Shown piece after piece: positions 26,201 to 38,945 of a stretch of DNA of 64,000 nt. Location of the stretch: positions 1-64,000 of the forward strand of contig MU058714.1 of the NCBI GenBank assembly GCA_013265495.1, in the 5' to 3' direction. The notes below the pieces were generated by a model. That model worked only from the letters and a program-made list of their open reading frames with translations. It was not told the origin of the DNA and made no database searches. Origin of the DNA: Vicugna vicugna. Lineage: Eukaryota. The position numbers and the translations under genes are program-made. Every line of letters begins with the position of its first letter. The first letter of the stretch is position 1.

Positions 26201-27654
26201 CTGGGCCTCTGGCTGGGGAAAGAGGAGAGGCTGGGGTGAAGGGAGCCGCACGCCCCGACCGGGCTCCCCAGCCGTCGCTCTCAGAGAGTCTGGGAGAGAC
26301 TTTGGCCCTAGGCCCTCTGAGAGAGTTTTCTTTTATATTTATTAACCCACTTTCCCTCTTGGCCTTCGGAGCAGTGAGGACAGCTCAGCCAAGGCTATTA
26401 ATAGGCCGAAGCCGCCCCCGGGGAGGACAGTGAGCGCAGACCTGCAGCACAGGCGCCAAGCATGATGAAGGGCTCCGAGTTGCCTAAATTCAGGCTGCAG
26501 CCGCGTGGGGTGCTGAGCGCGGCCCGCCCGGTGCCGCCCAGCCCGCTGCCCGGGCCGAGCCTTCCACCCGCACCAGAGCCAGGCCTGCAGGGAAGGGACC
26601 TGCTGCCATCTGCCCGCCCGCCCGAGGTCAGGAAGTGGGGGAGGGTCTACAGAACGACATGCAGTATAAATGACTCCAGTAAACAGAGTTTAATAAAAAG
26701 GCAGTGAGGGGATTTATGGGCAACCTCAGGATAATTAAAATTATTTATCTACTTACCTCCCTTGCTGGCTGATCAGTCTATTAATTATCTATTATATACT
26801 TGCTGATCTGCATTTTAGTGGAGGCACAGGGTGAGGGCAGGTGAAAAACACAGAGGGGTCCGGGAACCAGGCGGCGGGGGTGGGGGCGGACCCTCCTCTC
26901 TACTGGCCACCACTTCCCTGCTGACATCCCTCCAGGTCGCACTGCCGCCCGTGGATGTGCCCCTCGCCCACAGCCCCCCAGGCCTCTGAGAGGCCCCCGA
27001 TCTGAGAACCAGGTAGAGCGGAGCAGAGTCGGACAGGAAGGGGTACGCACCTGTTTGCAGACGGGCAGCTCCTGGGACAGGGTCCCAGCCGCAGGGGCCT
27101 GCAGACCAGCTCGAGGGAGACGTGGACAGAATCCTCCCTGGGCAGTTCTGACTTTGCGCTGCATGTAAAAAAAGAGAAAACACGAGAACAAAACCACTTT
27201 CAATCTCTGAATATCTGGAGTGCCTCAGACACACGCTCTCCCGCGCTCTTGATTAAAAATATCACAGGACAGAGTGTCATGGGAACGGCATCCTTTGAAC
27301 GCTGCAACGAGAAGCATTAGGGGGGTTATAACGAGGCGTCCCTGCTCACTGCCTCACGGCAGCGGACGCTCCCTGCTCTGCCCCTCCCCTGCGGTGAGCC
27401 CCAGGACACCAGACCGGTCCCTGGGGCCCGAGGGGATGGGGCCAGCACGCCAGGGGGTCCAGCTGGCAATGGCCAGATGGGTAGCGGGATGGCCTGTGTC
27501 ACTTGTTCCTAATATGGGCCCAAACTCTTCACTCAATCACAGAGCCAGGCTGGGGCTACAGCTTCACCCCCTCACCAGTCGGGGTCACCGGACTAGATTC
27601 CAGGGGTGCAGGGCTGACCCTGCAGTTTATCTAAACACTTAACCTCTCTCACCA

Positions 27655-27862
27655 TGACCAGAACCAGCTGTGGGAGTCAACTCCTTGAACAAATCTCTTT
27701 TGTATCTGTCTGTCTGTCTGTCTATAGCCACACAATTTATCTCCACGTAGCTGTAGCTACATACGTACACATACACGTACATAGGGAGACAGACACAGAG
27801 ATGGATGTGTAAGTGGACAGATCATACTGATTCTGTTTGTCTGGAGAACCCCGTCTGATTCA
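27655..27862 (+). mobile_element. MLT2-like (ERVL) LTR 3' portion with an internal simple repeat
   Basis: gagtcaactccttgaacaaatctct...tgattctgtttgtctggagaaccc..ctgattca. Confidence 0.7.
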
Positions 27863-28849
27863 AGGCCTCCAGGGTCTCTCCAGCTTGCACGCTAAGAGAC
27901 TGACCCTGTCCGTGAACAAACCCAGAATTGCCACCACCCCAGCCCCAGGCTCTGCCCAACACGCAGCTCCTCCTCCCAGGGAAGGAGCTGTGCCCCTGCA
28001 ATGGCGTCGAAGCAGGTGGGAGAAAGAGGCAGCGAGGGGCTGGCCATCTGCCTGGGAACGAGCCAGGAAACACCTGGCCCTCTGGAGTCTCTGAAGTGAC
28101 GCCCAGCTCCCTTCGGCTGGGGCCTCACCATCTAACCAGGCTCCCGCATTTGCAGGACAGTCCTCTCCACCCCTCCCCTGTGCGCCTGCCCACTGCCCCT
28201 CTCCTCCCGTGCCTGACGATGGCTCCTCAATTCTGATGATGTACCAATAACTGCAAAGCCAAACGCCGCAGTTAGCAGCGCCGCTGTACTGTAGCTAATC
28301 GTTTGTGGAATCAATTCGCAGAGTTGTGTGTGTGCAGCGAGGTGGGGCCGCGCCCCCGAGGCTGCTGCAGCCCCCAGGAGTTAGTTCCAAGAGACAAAGA
28401 AGGGGGGCAGGAAAGGAAGGGAAGAAGGCGATGAGAAGAAGAGCAGATTTTCAAAACGAAGGGAACTGGAGATTCTCGACTGTGACACAGAGAACAAGGG
28501 GGCGCAAGCTGCATCCCGACTCAGGGAGGGGCGGGGACATGGAGGGTGATGGGACCCTTCCTGGGTCCCCGTCCCCACAGCCCACAAGGCTCAGACCTGC
28601 AAACCCTCCAGCTCCTCCAGGCGTATGAACACCCCGGGGCCTCTGGGGCTCACGTACTTAAGATTTCATTGGTTTACTAAATTGTGTTGCCCGAACACAG
28701 ATGAGGATGCGGTCCGGTGGGGGGTGCTCTGCTGCGGCTCCAGCTCCCCCACCCTCGGGCCGGGGGAGAGGGCAGAGGGGACAGGGGCTCAGGCAGGGCG
28801 GTGCCTCTAATCATAAAGACTCTGGGGAATGTCTTCTGCTGTAACACAT

Positions 28850-28960
28850 TAACCCTTCCAGAGACCCTAGAGGGAAACTGAGGCACGGAACCTTGAAGAG
28901 CCCCCCAGCTCCCGAAAGGCATACAACCTGCACACTGGCACATCTCAGCTCGGGCCTAGG
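28850..28960 (-). mobile_element. MIR fragment
   Basis: agagggaaactgaggcacgga. Confidence 0.5.
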
Positions 28961-29204
28961 GAACCCGGCTGGAGAACCTGGCTTGTGACTGCCACGCTGG
29001 CCTCACTGCTGCCACGGCCACCACTGGGTGACTCCGTTTCCCCCTCGGTGAGGCTGAGACAGGAGGGAAGGGGCAGGGCACAGCCATTAAGCGAATGACA
29101 CAGGGATCAGCGCCAGGATAGGGGCAGGCTCAACTCCCAGCAGACCTTGCGGCCCCTGATGGCAGGAGCTTCGACCTCCATCATTTCTGTTTTTTCCCTA
29201 AAGA

Positions 29205-29422
29205 CAGTGCGATGTGACTAAATGTTAACCATTGTTAATTGCAGATGGAGAAACATAGATATTTACTATCATTTGCCTTAATTATAGAAGTTCTCCAAAA
29301 AGTTTTCTGAGACAAGCATGGTTAGATTGTAAGCCCCTTGAGGGAGTGAGAGACCCCGATGACACGTGTGTGATCACTCAGCAGCAGGTGAGGTGTTTTC
29401 GAGCCTCAGTGACTCAATAGAA
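29205..29422 (+). mobile_element. Adjacent L1M 3' fragment (~29205-29305) and L2 3' fragment (~29323-29422)
   Basis: aaatgttaaccattgttaa..gatgg (L1M); tagattgtaagccccttgaggg...ctcaata (L2). Confidence 0.5.
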
Positions 29423-31229
29423 CCCCGTCGGCCGGTGGCCAGGATGGCTTTATAGATGAATGACGGTGTATATGGTGTTAACTCTGGAAGGAAGAGTCAG
29501 GTCTGCCCTTTCCACGCTCCCTCTGTTTAAAGGACAACAAACTAGTCTAGAATTGTTGCTTCACCTGCCCGCTGAGGTTTTCCTTAGACACAACCAGTCT
29601 GAGCAAACAAGAAGCAGAAACAGCTGCATTCCAAATGAGGTCCCGGCCGTGGGGATGGAAGCACGTCCTCGAACATTCTGGAGTCCAGAGCATCTGTGTT
29701 TCCAAGAACTCAGGGGCTCTCACGCTCCTCTGCCTGAAGACCGCAAGGGGCGGGCGCAGGGCCCTGGGGAGCAGAGCCTCCCATGCCGAGAAGGGCGCCA
29801 TGAGGCCCCGGCAGCCCGGAGGCTTCCCCTGCTCCCCGCAAACAAACACCTTCAAGCCGACGAGGAACCAGAATTACTCCAGAGGGGACTTCAGGGCGGC
29901 TGCTCTGCTCTGAGGCCGACTCCTAGGAGCTTTCTGGCAGGTCTGTCAGAGAAAGGTGGAGACAGGGTGCCCCACAGCCAGAAACCCATTCAAGATGATG
30001 TCCCCCAAGAGCTGCCATCTGTCGTCCACCGGGCTGCACACGCACGCTTGCCCGTGTCCTCCAGGGCCGGTGCGTCTCCTCGGCCGTGCCACGCGGGCAG
30101 ATGTGCCCCGGCTCTGGCTGATCTTACACGGCTCCACTCTTCAGTATTACAAGCTAATCAAAGCCGCATGATCAAATTCCAGGTCATTACTCAAGGAAAA
30201 GGACCCCTCCGTGGTCGCCAGCCACAGTTTCAAACCAATTAAAATAAGCCTGGCATTTCTGCGGGCCGCTGCCGTGCCCACCACCCCTGAGGTCTCAGAG
30301 GGCCCATGCTTGCAATGAGCAGGATGCACGAAATGTTAATGGAGACGCTGAAATGCCACGCCGGGGGGATTCTGGTAAATAAGGCCATGCGAAGAGGCAG
30401 GGGGAGAATCTCCTGAGCTAACCCTGGAGGGAACTTCAATAAAAACGGGATTGGATTGGAAACAATTCACTCTGCAAGGGATGGGTCTGCAGGCAGGGCT
30501 GGAGGGGGTCTTGGGGGAGGGAAGTGACTTTATTTCCTTTTAGTTCCCCTTTGCAGGTGTACAGGCTCCCTGCTGCTGGCACCAGAATCTGCCAGGGCAG
30601 CAGTGCCCACTGAGAAGGCGGGAGGACCGGGCCGTAATTTGCTGGGGGCGGTTTAGCGAACAGGAGGGTGGGGGGCTGGAACAGAGCTGCGGCGGCGGTG
30701 GGTGGTCTCGGGGCTGAGGAGGCAGCAGGACGTCAAGGAGGACTCGGCAGTGTCGGGGCTCACAGCCGTCTGGCAGCCGCTCTGAGCTCTGCTGGGTCCT
30801 GCTTCAGGAAGGTCAAATGTCATCCGTGAAACAAACGGATAAGGTTCCAGTAGAACACAGCCCAGCACCCAGATCAGCAAGTAGGTGGGGGCCTGGCGAG
30901 CGGCCCAAGCTGGGCTGTGCAGCTTGGTGTCAGCGCGGGGTCAGCCCGAGGGGGCGCCACCCCACTGGGCGGGGCTGGGGCTGCTGCCTTTAGCTCCCCT
31001 CCAGGACTGGCTGGGGCTCACAGTTCTGTCCCGTGCAACTGAAGGACCCCCAGAAATGAGAAAGGAGAAGTCAAGGCCAAGCAAGAGACTCAAGGAGTCT
31101 GGGCTGGGTGAGCTGGCCCAGCAGCCTGGGCCCTTCCCCGCGCAGCGCCTCCCCCCAAGGCCGCCAAGCTTCCCCCATCTGCTTCTGTCTATCAAACTCT
31201 ACAAACAAAACAACAAACCTTGTTCCAGT

Positions 31230-31437
31230 GAGGGTTGCCAGATCTCTCAAATTGAATTAGTGGATGATTAGTTAAAATTGAGATTTCAGATAAACAACGA
31301 ATAATGTTTTGCATTTTTTTTTTTAGTATAAGGATGTATCACACAATATCTGGGACATACTTATACTAACAAGTATTCATTGTTTATCTGAAATTAGAAT
31401 TTAACCAGGTGCCCGCTATTTTTACCTGGCAACCCCA
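31230..31437. mobile_element. MER53 palindromic hAT-type MITE
   Basis: TIRs agggttgccag/ctggcaaccc; internal arms atttcagataaacaacgaata/tattcattgtttatctgaaat; ttccag in both flanks. Confidence 0.9.
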
Positions 31438-31469
31438 GCTTCCAGCTGTCTGACTGCCCAGCCTAAACG

Positions 31470-31626
31470 CACACACACACACACACACACACATGCACAA
31501 ACACACATCATTCAAAGAAAGAGAGAAAGAGAAAGAAAGAGAGAAAGAGAAAGAAAGAGAGAAAGAGAAAGAAAGAAAGAGGGGCGGGAGGGAGGGAGGA
31601 AGGAAGGAAGGAAGGAAGGAAGGAAG
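31470..31626 (+). repeat. Compound microsatellite: (CA)n, 3 x 18-bp gaaagagagaaagagaaa (31517-31570), (GGAA)7
   Basis: Seen directly. Confidence 0.95.
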
Positions 31627-31707
31627 CTAACACTTCACAAGGACCAGCCGCCTGCCTGGTTCTTCCCCCCGCTCTCTCCTGGAGCCTCCTCCCATCACCC
31701 CCGCAGC

Positions 31708-31843
31708 CCCATCATTCAGACACAGAGGCTGGGGCTCTGGGACTGTCACTTGCCCAAGGCCGGATGGTCAGCATGCAGCCTGGCTGAAACTGCAGACCCA
31801 GGTCATTCGCATTCCAAAGTCTGCGCTCTTTCCACCAAACCAG
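31708..31843 (-). mobile_element. MIR SINE
   Basis: cacttgcccaaggcc...acccagg...tccaaagtctgcgctctttccac. Confidence 0.75.
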
Positions 31844-34020
31844 ACCCAATGCATCAAATTTTAGATGTTTATTTCCAAACAAAACGGCCATAAGGAAGTT
31901 GCTATTGATTCTGCAGTCAAGCCAATGGACAGCGTCTGAAGCCTTGGCTCAGGCCCATGCCAAGCTCTGAGCAAAGATGCTGTGACAGTTGAGGGAGGCC
32001 CGTGGTCAGGGTGCTCACCCGGGCTGGAGGTGTGGGTGAGCACACCTGGCCTCCATCCCGAGGGTGGTGGCTTGGGTCCACCGGAGTGCTCTGGTGGCAC
32101 TCAAGCCCCAAGGACGTACAGAAAGGGACATTGGTGCGTGTGGCAGGGCATTCCAGAACAGAGGATTTCTGCCCTGGACACCGGGGAGTGGACAAAACGT
32201 GGGCCTTCCTGGGTTGAAAAGGTAGACCTGAGACTGTCTGCAAATGGGCAAGGTGTCCCTGAACCCTCGACTTCCCCTTATCAACTGGTTGCTTTCCAGG
32301 CCGCTGGTAGCTGGTTTAGAACCTTGCTATATGGTTAGAACCACAATCTTCAAAACCAACCAGCAAACAAAAGAATCTCAGTCTCTGATGGGGCCGAGGT
32401 GAGTCACCGGGCGGCATGACCCACCGGGACCATCCTCCAGGCAGGGGAAGAGGTTGGATCTGGTTGACGACCAGCAAGACAGCACACGGCACGCTGACTC
32501 CTGTGTCTTAATCAGCTGGTTTCACGATGATTTTTCTGGGAATGGAAGTTAAGCTTTACCATGCTTTACCACTTGGTTGCATCTGGAAGTGTCTTTTCAT
32601 CCTCGCCTCTTTGAAAAACAATCGTCTCATGGGTTGGAAACACCTCCAGCACAACAGGGTTGGTCAGACCCTCCTGCGAACTGCTGGCCTGCTGCTGGCA
32701 AAGTTCAGGAGTAGAAGGAAGCGCCTGCCCGAGAGCTGTCCGCCAGCCCTGGCGAGGACGAAGCCCCGACGTGGGTGAAACACAAGCGCTCGGGGCCCGA
32801 AGATCTGGATGGTCCGGGTGTTACCTGCTCACCCAGGGGCCAAGGAGAAACCCAGCACGGGGCTGAGGAGGCCACAGGGAAGAAAAGGAGGCCATCGTGG
32901 ACTGTCCAAAGCTCCAACCCGGAGGACACCACCAACCACGTGTTAAAATCCAGAAAACAAAACTGCACGGGCAGACGAGCCAGGGAGCTCGGCTCCATGA
33001 GAAGTACGGCCGGCGCCCCCTGCTTTTGTTTCCACACTCAGCCCCTCCACACCGACCACCTTCCTCTCTCAGCACAGCCAAGAGGCCGTCAGAGGACTGA
33101 CGTCGGGACGTTTGCTTTATTTGCCTGGTGGGGATTTATTGGAACAGTCTGTGCCAAGAGTTGAATTTTGAGATTTCCCATGTAAGGAGGGAAGGCTCTG
33201 GTGGGTGGGGAAGTTGCTGCTGGATTGTTGGCTCCTGCGGAGACAGCCCCCCGTAAGGAGCTGGTTTAATTACAAGCAGGCTGTTGTTTTGCCTTTTTTT
33301 TTTTTTAAAATGTGACCTACTTCCCAGATGGTTTCCCTGCTTCTTTTCTGCCACAAAACTGACATATTGGAGCAAGAAAGGAAGAGCCTGTGACACCTGT
33401 GTCACCCCAAAACGGGGGGAACCGGGGAGCCCGGTGAGCCTCAGCTGAAGGGGAGAGCTGAGACAGCTAAGAGGCTGGGGGTGGGGTGGGGGTGGGGGAC
33501 AGAAGGAGGAGCAGCAGACGCTCTTCCTGGCCCTTCGCAGGACACACAGCGACCTCCCTGTACAAAACCCCTGGCAGGCCCTGGCGGCGAATCCCCGGGG
33601 AGTCTCTGCCGGGTTTCTGGGTTCAGATCAGCTCGCCAGAGGGCCCTGAGTAAATTAACGCCGAGGGCAGCCTGTGCCGGCTGGTGTGTTCTGTGGGGCT
33701 GGACCATTTGTGCGGCCTGTGGCTCCTAAGATGTGGGCAGCTTCCCAGAAAGCTGTGGTGGCCTTGCTGCCTGACCACTGCAGACACGGCCTCTGGGGGG
33801 TGGCTGGGATTTAGTCCCCTGCAGGTGCCTCTTGGTGCCAGCGCTGACTCCAAGCCACAGACAAGGAGGTGCTGCTGGCAGCCCAGTCTGTCACCAGGAC
33901 CGGTGGCAGAAGCAGGGTCCCATGGGACCCCAGATCTTCCTGCTTGAAGAATAGACTTGACAATGCTTGGTCCTTCTCCTGCCTTCAAGTACTGTCCTCG
34001 TCATGAGAACTGGTACAATT

Positions 34021-34237
34021 AAAAAAAAAATCATTTTTAATATGTTGAATTTTTTAAAAAATTATTTTTTTTACAATTAAAAAGCTAAAACTTTTTTTTT
34101 AAACCCTGGCGGGGAGGGAATTACATTTGTTTATTTATTTACTTAAAGTATTATTTTTTAAATGAAGGTGCTGGGGATTGAACACAGGATCTCACGCACG
34201 CTAAGCACATGCTCTACCACTGAGCTACACCCTCCCC
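34021..34237 (-). mobile_element. Vic-1-type camelid tRNA-Ala-derived SINE
   Basis: Minus strand reads ggggagggtgtagctcagtggtagagc..gcttagc..gttcaatccccagcacc, followed by (AAAT)n and an A/T tail; degenerate TSD gaactggtacaatt (34007-34020) / gaattggtatgatt (34241-34254). Confidence 0.85.
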
Positions 34238-35618
34238 TATGAATTGGTATGATTTTTAAATGCTTCCCTGCAAGGAGCCCTACTTCCCTTGGCAAACCAT
34301 CCCCACTGCCAGAAAAAGTCCTTCCTCTGATCCATCCCGAACCCTGCAGGACACACCTGAGCTCACGCCCCACGTCCCGCCCTCGGGGTTGGACAGCAGC
34401 GGCTTGCTGCCCTCGGCTGAGCTGTCAGCAGAGCCTTCAGCGTAAAAATGCCCCACCTCACAGCTGTGAGCTCTGCCTGCCTGTTCTGTGCGCGTCTGCC
34501 TTCCCCCTGAAAATCCTGGGGCAGAACTGTTACTGTCTGCCGCAGAACGGCTGAGGGGCCGCCCCACTTCTCCGTGTCACAGCCTGGCTCTCACCATCAC
34601 TGATAGGTAAGCGGAAAATGGATTCTTTCTGCCCCCGAGACGCCCCCTTCTCGGCAAAGCAGCGTCGGGTCCTCGGGGTAACGGGTGGCACAGCTGGGGG
34701 AGGCCCCCCATGGCCCGGCAGTGCCCGCTGCCAATGCCCACCACTCCCCGATTTGATTCATGGCCTTCGTTTTTCAGATTTAAATGGGCTGAAAAACACA
34801 GATGGGCTTCAAATTTATTGTGTTCAAATGAGGTGCTGGGGCCCAGGGCACAGATGGACACCTTCTAAAGGCATGTCCCCATCTACAAAGGCCCAGGGAC
34901 CACCTTCTGTCCTCCCTGTGTGAAATGCGAACGCTGGACATCAGTGTGAGGACACAGACAAAAAGCCAGGACACTCCAGCCACTGCAGCGGGTCTTAGGG
35001 AGGCCACAGCCACTGAGCCAAAGCTCGGACCCCACCCCGACACCCCCACTCAGCCGAGCCACGACACGAGGCACTTCAAGGCCCAATGCAGAAACTTCCA
35101 CGTCTAATTTTCCCGTGAAGAGCAGGTGGCAGCGTTTGCATCAGAGTGTGCTGTGTGTGGGCTCGCGGAGGAGTCAGAGGGGGTAGAGGCGGGAAGAACG
35201 GTGTTCCTGAGTGTTTATCAGGCGCAGAAAACTCACGAGGTGAAGACTAGAGGATGCCAGAGACTTCAGGAACCTACCTTCTAATTCAGGGGCTGAAACT
35301 CACCTTCATGACTTGTTCTCAACTTTGCAAACATGTCTGTGATTATTAAAAACTGCAGAAGGTGACACAGAAGAATGTTGGTGTAAGGAAAGAAGAGGCG
35401 GGTGCAGGTAGAGAGATAGGAGGGGGATACGCTGGCGGGGGGGGGGATCCCAGCTGGGCTTCAGAAGGAGCGATACACACAGAGAGGGCCCCCCAACCAG
35501 GAACGGGCGAGGAAGAGGGAGAGCGGTTCTGCAGAGCCGCCGGCCGTGGAGCTGAGGCAGGGAGGTTACGGTCTCACCGAGACTGTTAACGCTGAAGGGC
35601 TGGGGGAACGTGCCAAGC

Positions 35619-35706
35619 CATTAAATGAGATGGCAGAGGCAGCGTGCCCAGGCACAGTTCCCAGCACAGAGCCTGGCACCCAGCAAGCTCTTAATAAAAG
35701 TTAGTT
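35619..35706 (+). mobile_element. MIR 3' end
   Basis: attaaatgagat...agcacagagcctggcacccagcaagctcttaataaaagttag. Confidence 0.75.
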
Positions 35707-36243
35707 CACTTTCCCACGTGGAGCGTAACCGACTGGGGGTGGCGGATGGCAGCGCTGAGGACCTGGCTCCTAAGTGAAATTTGTTTTCCTGGGAATGATG
35801 AAACACATGTCATACAGCGTCCAAAGGCAACGGCAGGTGAGCGTGACGCCCAGGGGTTGGGATGAAAAGGAGACGTGCCCCGGTGTCCAGCCACTGAGAC
35901 GGGCGTCCTAAGCAGGGTCCAGCGGTCTGCAAAGCCCTGACTGCACCCGTGCGCACACATGCATGCTCCGGACACAGAGCACCCAGGGCCGTCTTCGAGT
36001 CCTCGGAGGGGGTCTGGGATGCTTTGTGAGTTAACCGGCAGCGTTGTGTTTCCAAAGTCCTTTGCCTGGAAGCCCTCTTCCCAGCTCTAGCGCCGGCTGT
36101 ATACACAGCCCAATTGCAAAGCTTTCAGGGATCACATGGGATTGGCTGCCACTGGGTGTGAATGGCTGGCCCCACACTCAAACGTGTCACAGTCAATAGT
36201 TTGAAAGTAAGAAACATGGTGGGGAGGGGAGGAAGTGATTGCT

Positions 36244-36440
36244 GGGAACCAGGCAAGCCTGGGTCCCATCTCCTGCTCTGCCTTCCCTGGATGTGGACCT
36301 TGGGTGAAGCTGTCAGGCTCCCTCAGTCTCAGTGCTGTAGGTGCCCCGTGGGGATTATCATCATTCTGATCCCATTGTCACTGGGGCTGGCAAGAATGTG
36401 TGTGACAGACAGACACACAGCACCGGTGTGTGACAGTGGA
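36244..36440 (+). mobile_element. MIR SINE
   Basis: gcctgggtcc..ctctgcc..tgtggaccttggg..tctcagt..tggggattat. Confidence 0.7.
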
Positions 36441-38926
36441 AGGTCTGCTATTGTGTTCTGGGATCTTAAGATCTTGGTAAGAGAACTGCTGGACCAGGAC
36501 TTCTCCAGAGTCTACTTGGGCCGGGGTGGGGGGTTGATCCCAGGAGCCAGCGTGTCTCTTAGCACTTGTGTTAAGTCGTTGCTGCCGCACAGATGAGGGA
36601 CAGCTCTTCCGCCATCATCACAGACCCCAGGGCAGGTTTCCCCACGATGCAGACACGAGGGCTGGTTGCTAGGCATCAACTGCATCTCAAGTTGAGGTTT
36701 TAAGTCCCTTTCCTGGTCCAGCACGTGGGGTGATGGTGAAAGCAGTGCATTTTGCAGCCAAGAGAAGGGCCTGTCATGGCAGCTGCGAGGCCACCAACGG
36801 ACACTGGCACGCTGTGGCTGCACCTGCCCGCCCACCTGGCCCCTTTCTCTGAGCCCCCCCCTCCCCGTCCTGAGGAGTTCACACCGCGTCGCCTTCCGGT
36901 GCTTGACACTGGCAGAGGAGGCAGTGCCCCTACTCAGCACTCTTCCACCCCGGCCAGAGAGGACTGCTTGCTGAGAGCTGGCGAGAGAGGCGCGTTCTGC
37001 CTGTGGCCGGTGGTGCGTGGAGCGATGCCCCAGCGCGGGCCCACGCCAGGCCTCATCAGTGCACAGACGCAGACGGCGAAGGGAGGCCGACCGTTAGGAC
37101 AGGCAGTTTGCTGGCGAGCTGGCGAGGCAGGACGAGGCGCGGGATCTTGCATGTCGAGGCTGTTTGCTAATCTTCAGGTGCCCATTTTTAGGAGGAGCTG
37201 AATCACTCAAGTGCCTCAGTGGGAGGTGGGGGGAGAGGAAGCCCCTTCGGGCTGAGCCCCTCACGGGGCGGGGAGGGACGCTGCTTGTTCCGATCACACA
37301 GCCGTGCCACTCAAGCCATGGCATCCAACAAGCATGCGGGGCAGGCCTGGGGACTGATGGGTGAGGGGAGCACTCCCACCACCCTCCCTGGGCCTCCCTG
37401 CAGGGGGCTCAGAGAAGCTGGCTTTGGGGGTTCGGGTGCCTGTCACACCCAGGAGGGAGCACAGAGAAGCACTTCCTCTGCGTCCAGAGCAGTCCGCCAC
37501 GGGCTGGCGGCCCTGGGCGGGCTGACGCCGGGTGAAGGAGCAGAGTGATGCTGCCTTGGCTTCCAGGGAACACATTGTGCTCTGGGGGGTTCTGGGGGCC
37601 CAAGGAAGCCTCCGAGGGGAGCTCCATTCCCAAGGGCTGGTGAGGAGGCGCCAGGAGCCAGCACCAGGCCCTCCCTTTGGCAACTTCCCCTTCTTGGGAG
37701 AAATGTGTGTGGCTCGACCCCCTGCCTCCTGGTGGGCAGGCAGCTGATGCTGGCAAGAGTTTCTGTGGATGAACCTGCTGGTGTCTGGCCTGTGCCCCCA
37801 GCGCTGAGCTCTGAAAGCCTCCCCTCACCTGGGGTTCAGTGGATCTGGTTCCTGGGAGGAGGGAGCAGGTTGGGGGGCATGGAGAGGGGAGAGCAGCCAG
37901 CCCTCCTGCTGCTGTGCAGCCATGAGGCACCACCTGGCAGAGCGAGGCTGGCACCTGTGGGAGGCAGACGCTCATCCATCACCCTCGCAGCCCAGCCCCG
38001 GCTCCTCTGCCTCTGGGCAGGGAGAGGAGAGTGGGGAGGGCCAGGCTGCTATGAAATGCTGCCCACGGCCAAGGCGAGGTCACAGTCCCGGGGACTGTCC
38101 TCTGTCTGTCTGTAGAGAGAACAAACCCCATAGTGAAGGCTCCCAGGCATCAGAGGAGGAAGGTCTGCAGGAAACATAGCCGATGTGTTTAGCACAACAG
38201 GCACAACCGCTCTTTATAACCCCTGCCTCAGGCAATGGCAAAGGGACCCCTGCCCGTTCCTCTGTGCCAGGCCCAGCACAGGGCAGGAGCCATCAGAAGA
38301 CCCTGAACAAGAACAGGCCACAGGCGAGCTGCTCTCACCTGAGCCCCCCCTGGGGAGACAGAGTGATGGGCTCATCACTGGGAATTCCACAGGTGGGGCT
38401 GGGCAGCCTGTTGGGCTGTGCCTTCCTAGGCCCAAGCATGGTAGGAATTTTGAGGACTCCTTGGCCATATCATCAAAAGACACAGCTTAAACTTGAAAGG
38501 ACTTATCAATGAGCCCGGTAAGACTTCCGGGAAATCCACGTTTCCCTGAATGTCAACTACCCAGCCATTTACACTTCCCCCAACCAAACGGCCCCTGGAT
38601 CTCAGTTCTCGACTCGTCCTTGGGATGGGGCCGGAGAGGGAGCCCCTTAGGTCACTCGAGACCGACCCCTTCCCAGGATGTCACCACCTGCTGTCCCTCT
38701 GAAACGAAATGAAATAAAATAAAAAATAAATGAAAAGAACAGCCGCAGCGGCGCCTTCTTCGCCTCCCTGCTCCGAGCTCCAACCTCTCGGATATTTATC
38801 GTCCGTTCGCTCCTAAATCATTCCTGGCGGCTGGACTGCTCACACTCCATCACGGGGAGAGGCTGTGCGGAGCCGCAGTTCCGTTTAGCTTGCAGAAAAC
38901 GGAGCCTCCTAGGAAAAACCCGCCCG

Positions 38927-38945
38927 GGAGCTGTCCGGTGCTGAA
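38927..38945 (-). promoter_or_regulatory. RE1-like element: two intact half-sites with a 0-bp spacer
   Basis: Minus strand reads TTCAGCACC|GGACAGCTCC; the canonical site has 2 bp between the halves. Confidence 0.45.
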
